A DNA stretch of 64,000 nt from contig CAWDLW010000017.1 of NCBI GenBank assembly GCA_963803145.1, positions 32,001-96,000 of the forward strand, read 5' to 3'. Below are positions 59,674-64,000 of the stretch, piece by piece. How positions within the stretch are numbered: the first letter of the stretch is position 1; each line of letters begins with the position of its first letter. This DNA comes from Methanotrichaceae archaeon. GTDB lineage: Archaea; Halobacteriota; Methanosarcinia; Methanotrichales; Methanotrichaceae. The notes under the pieces are model-generated. The model was not told where the DNA came from, ran no database searches, and was given only the letters and a program-made list of their open reading frames with translations. Both the position numbers and the translations under genes were made by a program.

Positions 59674-61878
59674 TCAAATAACCTTCAGATAATCGCTAGG
59701 TTTCGGCATCTCAGGCTTGAGTCCCTTTCTTGTTCTGATCTGACTGACTGTCTCAAGCAAAAGGCTCGCAGGCAAAGGCTCGAAGCCTGCAAACTCTGTG
59801 GACCAGAGTGCACGGCCTTCTGTGGCAGAACGTATAGCTCCTGCAAACCCGAACATCGAAGCAACAGGCATCTTGGATTTAATGACGTAACTATCGCCCT
59901 GTTCCTCCGTGTCCAATATAACGCCTCTGCGTCCCTGTATCTCAGACATGGCTCCGCCATATTGTTCCGTTGGCACTTGTATAAAGACGTTCTGGAAGGG
60001 TTCAAGCAGCACTGGCTCTGCCATGAGAATCCCTGCCTGGACTGCCTGCCGCACAGCCGGTATGACCTGTGCAGGGCCGCGATGGACTGCATCTTCGTGC
60101 AGCTTCACATCAACGAGCTTAGCCTTGATTCCCTGGACAGGCTCACGGGAGATGGGGCCATTCTTAAGCGCCTCTTCGAAGCCTTCCAGTATTAGCTCCA
60201 TGGTCTCTTTGAGATACTGGATGCCCTTTGTCATGTTGAGCAGGAGATTGGTCCCATAGTAGCCGGCGATGCTTTTGGCCTCTTCCTTATTCATACCCTT
60301 CTCGATAAGGAGATTTCTTCTTTCCAGCTCATCCATCTTCATGCTGATTTTACCCTCTTTTAGAGCTTCGGCCACGCCGGGCTCTAGAGGCTCGAACTCA
60401 ATATAGAAACGGTTATGGTGGTTGGGTGACTTCCCTTCTACAGGCCCGGCCCTTCCTGCGATGGACTCGCGGTATACTACTATTGGCGGCGATGTCTTCA
60501 GCTCCACTCCTCTGTCGCGCTGGAGTCTTGTAACTGTGACATCCAAATGTAATTCGCCCATGCCGGCCAGGAGGTGCTCGCCAGTCTCCTCGTTGATTGT
60601 GACCTGCAGAGTTGGGTCCTCTTTGGCCACCTGCCTTAGAACCTCTACAACCTTAGGCAGGTCGCGCATGTTCTTAGCCTCAACAGCGACGGTCATTACA
60701 GGCTCAGAGACGTGCTTTATTGCCTCGAAGGCAGTCATGCCTTCTATTGAAGATACCGTTGAGCCGACAATGGCATCGCGTAAGCCCGTTACCGCAGCGA
60801 TGTTTCCTGCGGGGATTGACTCCACTTCGACGCGCCTTGGCCCCATGAAAACTCCCGTCTGCATAACGCGGTTTGTATCGGCTACGCCAGAGACGTAAAG
60901 CTCAAGGCCTCGCTTCAGGGTTCCAGAGAAGAGTCTGCCTGTGGCAACCTCGCCAGCGTGGGGATCGACCTTGATCCTTGTGATCATTAAGGCCACAGGT
61001 CCGCTCGGATCACAAGCGGCCATGGACTTCCCTACGGGGCTGTCCCAATCCCCATGCCATATGGTCTTTATTCTATCCTTTTGGGCAACAATTGGGCTTG
61101 GCAGGAAGTGGACAACCATATCATTGACCGTTTTATACAGTGGGACCTTTTCAGCCAGCTCCTTCATATTGCCTGCCTTGCAGTAATCGTAGACCTTTTC
61201 GATATTGATGCCTGTTTTTTGCATTATGGGCGTGCTGACTGCCCAGTTATAACGGGCAGAGCCGATAGCTACCGTTCCTTTGACAGCATCAATCTTCCAA
61301 CCGGCATCGAACTTTTCCTTGTCCATTCCTTCAATTAATTTGTTGATATTTGCTATGAGCTTGCTTATGCGGGCAGCCATCTCTTTCTTCTCTACCTTGA
61401 GCTCATTGATCAGGCGATCTGTTTTGTTGATGAATAGAACCGGCCGAACGCCCTCACGGATAGCCTGCCTAAGCACCGTCTCCGTCTGGGGCATAGCGCC
61501 CTCTACGGCATCCACAACTACAACTGCGCCATCGACGGCACGCATAGCCCTGGTGACGTCGCCTCCGAAATCTACGTGGCCTGGAGTATCTATCATATTG
61601 ATGAGGTATTCCTTGCCATCCACTTCGTGGACCATGGATACGTTTGCTGCATCGATGGTGATTCCTCTGGCCTGCTCCAGAGGATCGAAATCCATGAAGA
61701 GATCGTGATCGAAGTGGCCCGCCTTATCTAGGGATATCATGCCCGCGCCTGCGACCATGTTATCTGAAAGAGTTGTTTTGCCATGATCGATATGTGCTAC
61801 TATTCCAATATTCCTGATCATCTCAGGCTTATCCATCAGAGCCTTTCCCTGCTCGACTATTTTCTCCGCCCTAGTCAT
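59674..61878 (-). CDS. fusA: Elongation factor 2
   Basis: [30 protein letters not shown] diphthamide motif; start likely MTRAEK at 61878. Confidence 0.97.
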   Translation of the reverse strand: MTRAEKIVEQGKALMDKPEMIRNIGIVAHIDHGKTTLSDNMVAGAGMISLDKAGHFDHDLFMDFDPLEQARGITIDAANVSMVHEVDGKEYLINMIDTPGHVDFGGDVTRAMRAVDGAVVVVDAVEGAMPQTETVLRQAIREGVRPVLFINKTDRLINELKVEKKEMAARISKLIANINKLIEGMDKEKFDAGWKIDAVKGTVAIGSARYNWAVSTPIMQKTGINIEKVYDYCKAGNMKELAEKVPLYKTVNDMVVHFLPSPIVAQKDRIKTIWHGDWDSPVGKSMAACDPSGPVALMITRIKVDPHAGEVATGRLFSGTLKRGLELYVSGVADTNRVMQTGVFMGPRRVEVESIPAGNIAAVTGLRDAIVGSTVSSIEGMTAFEAIKHVSEPVMTVAVEAKNMRDLPKVVEVLRQVAKEDPTLQVTINEETGEHLLAGMGELHLDVTVTRLQRDRGVELKTSPPIVVYRESIAGRAGPVEGKSPNHHNRFYIEFEPLEPGVAEALKEGKISMKMDELERRNLLIEKGMNKEEAKSIAGYYGTNLLLNMTKGIQYLKETMELILEGFEEALKNGPISREPVQGIKAKLVDVKLHEDAVHRGPAQVIPAVRQAVQAGILMAEPVLLEPFQNVFIQVPTEQYGGAMSEIQGRRGVILDTEEQGDSYVIKSKMPVASMFGFAGAIRSATEGRALWSTEFAGFEPLPASLLLETVSQIRTRKGLKPEMPKPSDYLKVI

Positions 61879-62209
61879 GATATGCCTCGCGAATTTTAAG
61901 ATAAAGGTTACAATCTTAAGACTCAGAATCCTCGAGTTCAATCTATATAAGCCTTCGGCCATCTCTGTGCGATTATCAATATTTCATGATCGTTCTACCA
62001 AGGCAGATCTCAATGGTAAGATAGAGATCATATTGGCAAGATCGGCAGAGCTTTGGAATAGAAGTCTTAAGTAATACTTCAACTAAAATGCAATTGCGTT
62101 ATATAAAGCCTTCTGCTGTGCATGAGCGATGGACTATAATAAATGCCGGATCATGACATTGTAGGTAAAGCTTAAATCGATGAGGCCCTAGCTTGCATGG
62201 GTTTTCATA

Positions 62210-63604
62210 ATGGCGCGCTTGGTAATGAAGTTTGGCGGAGTCTCAGTCGCGGATGGCAGCAGGCTAAGGCACGTTGGGGAGCTTGTAAAGAGCTTCAACC
62301 GTGACAATGAGATTGTTCTTGTAACTTCTGCCCTTCAAGGAGTCACTGATTCTCTCCTTGAATGCGCTAAGAAGGCAGCAAATGATGGGAACGTGGCTGA
62401 AGTGCTGGAGTTTATTGAAAAGCTGACAGACAGGCACGCTAAGGCCATAAAAGATGCTATAAAAGATCCAGAGATTGCAAAAGAAGTCCAAAAGATAATT
62501 ACGCAAAGGCTTAATGAGCTGGAGAAGGCATATATCGGCATCTGTTACCTAGGCGAGCTTACGCCCAGATCTTTGGATTACATCTCAAGTTATGGAGAGC
62601 AACTCGCAGCACCCATACTCTCTGGAGTTCTGAGGGATATGGAGATAGACTCCATGGCCTATACAGGATCTGAAGTAGGTATAGTCACGGATAGCAATTA
62701 CGGAGATTCAAGGCCCCTTGACAGGACTTACAACTTGATTCCTCAGAAGCTGCTGCCTCTCAAAGGGATTCCCGTGGTTACAGGTTTCATAGCCAAGGAC
62801 GAGAAGGGCATTACCACCACCCTTGGTCGTGGGGGCTCGGATCTTTCGGCTTCGCTAATAGGTGCAGCGATAGATGCCGATGAAATCTGGTTTTGGAAGG
62901 AGACCTCTGGAGTGATGACCACTGATCCGAAGATAGTTCCTGAGGCCAAGCCTATACCGACGATCTCCTATCGTGAGGCTATGGAGATGTCTTATTTTGG
63001 GGCCAAAGTTCTTCACCCAAGAGCTATCGAGCCTGCGATTAAGAAGGGGATTCCTGTGCGTGTGAAGTGCACATTTGATCCGAGCAGCCCTGGAACCCAA
63101 ATAGTTCATGATGATATCCCGAAGGCGGATGTTATCAAGTCTATAACGCTGAATAAGAACATCGCCCTTCTGAATATTGCAGGAGCTGGGATGATAGGGA
63201 CTCCAGGCATAGCTGCACGCGCCTTTACAGCTCTGGCGACGGCAGGAGCAAACATCGTCATGATCAGCCAGGCATCATCCGAGGCAAATATATCCATGGT
63301 AATTGAGGAGAAGCAGCTTGAGAAGGCAGAGAGTGCTCTTCGATCGGAGTTCCCTAAGGATCTCGTCAAAGAGATCTCAAATAACCGCGATGCATGTGTT
63401 GTAGCAGTCGTGGGCGCTGGAATGGCAGGTACGCCAGGCGTAGCTGGACGCGTCTTCAAGGCAATGGGTAAGGCTGGAATAAACGTGATGATGATCAGCC
63501 AGGGCTCAAGTGAGCACAACATATCCTTCGTTGTCGCAAGCAAAGATGCAGAGAAGGCCGTGCAGGAGCTTCACAGCGAGTTCTGCCTAGGAGGTGCGTC
63601 ATGA
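62210..63604 (+). CDS. lysC: Aspartate kinase
   Basis: [27 protein letters not shown], two ACT domains. Confidence 0.95.
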   Translation: MARLVMKFGGVSVADGSRLRHVGELVKSFNRDNEIVLVTSALQGVTDSLLECAKKAANDGNVAEVLEFIEKLTDRHAKAIKDAIKDPEIAKEVQKIITQRLNELEKAYIGICYLGELTPRSLDYISSYGEQLAAPILSGVLRDMEIDSMAYTGSEVGIVTDSNYGDSRPLDRTYNLIPQKLLPLKGIPVVTGFIAKDEKGITTTLGRGGSDLSASLIGAAIDADEIWFWKETSGVMTTDPKIVPEAKPIPTISYREAMEMSYFGAKVLHPRAIEPAIKKGIPVRVKCTFDPSSPGTQIVHDDIPKADVIKSITLNKNIALLNIAGAGMIGTPGIAARAFTALATAGANIVMISQASSEANISMVIEEKQLEKAESALRSEFPKDLVKEISNNRDACVVAVVGAGMAGTPGVAGRVFKAMGKAGINVMMISQGSSEHNISFVVASKDAEKAVQELHSEFCLGGAS

Positions 63605-64000
63605 AGCGGCTCACATATGCCGAGTCCGGCGTGGATATCCATGCAGAAAATAGATCCATTGATGCCATGAAAGCGGTACTTACGACTAAGCGCAAAGGGT
63701 TTGGGGCGCCGCTTACGGATATAGGCCATTATGCAGGCCTCTTGGATATGGGAAGCTTTGCCCTGGCGATGACAACAGATGGCGTAGGCTCGAAGGTTCT
63801 CATAGCAAATGCCATGAAGAAATGGGATACTATCGGGATAGATTGTATCGCAATGAACGTAAACGACCTTTATGCCATTGGCGCCGAGCCGATAGCTTTT
63901 GTCGACTACCTGGCAGTGGAGAAGGTCGATCCTGAGAGATCAGGGCAGATAGCCATTGGCCTTCAGAAAGGTGCCCAGCTCTCCAACATGACGATCGTAG
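63601..64000 (+). CDS. purM: Phosphoribosylformylglycinamidine cyclo-ligase (partial)
   Basis: [37 protein letters not shown]; runs off the window end. Confidence 0.95.
   Translation, partial: MKRLTYAESGVDIHAENRSIDAMKAVLTTKRKGFGAPLTDIGHYAGLLDMGSFALAMTTDGVGSKVLIANAMKKWDTIGIDCIAMNVNDLYAIGAEPIAFVDYLAVEKVDPERSGQIAIGLQKGAQLSNMTIV

Noticed and set aside
61879-61962. N-terminal extension of EF-2 in the ORF track
   Set aside because: Overlaps a TATA-containing promoter region; MTRAEK matches the normal archaeal EF-2 start.

Overview
Chromosomal window of a methanogenic euryarchaeon, most likely Methanothrix/Methanotrichales (inferred from MC1, archaeal EF-2/EF-1alpha, Orc1/Cdc6 with ORB boxes, and gene content). 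Core genes: anaerobic cobalamin operon cbiT-L-F-G-H-C-D-E, a probable replication origin with orc1/cdc6, Hsp20, a LolD/E-type ABC exporter, thioredoxin, alanine dehydrogenase, geranylgeranyl reductase, nurA-herA-mre11-rad50, tRNA-Arg(CCG), fusA-tuf-rpsJ, aspartate kinase and partial purM. Accessory content: three secreted GSDH-type quinoproteins plus a divergent PQQ-dehydrogenase/cupredoxin fusion; a two-gene NLR-like (NB-ARC-TPR) module whose two proteins share a ~59%-identical N-terminal domain; nested IS701-like elements; an IS630 splitting a wHTH gene; a PolB2-operon-like cluster lacking polB2; and a stand-alone LigD polymerase. Missed by the ORF track: an MC1 gene with an apparent ATC start, two paralogous putative sRNAs with an anti-SD-like motif flanking MC1, other likely non-canonical starts (ATA, ACG, CTG), a pseudogene and a 30-aa membrane peptide. 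All functional calls come from motif recognition by eye; no searches were run.
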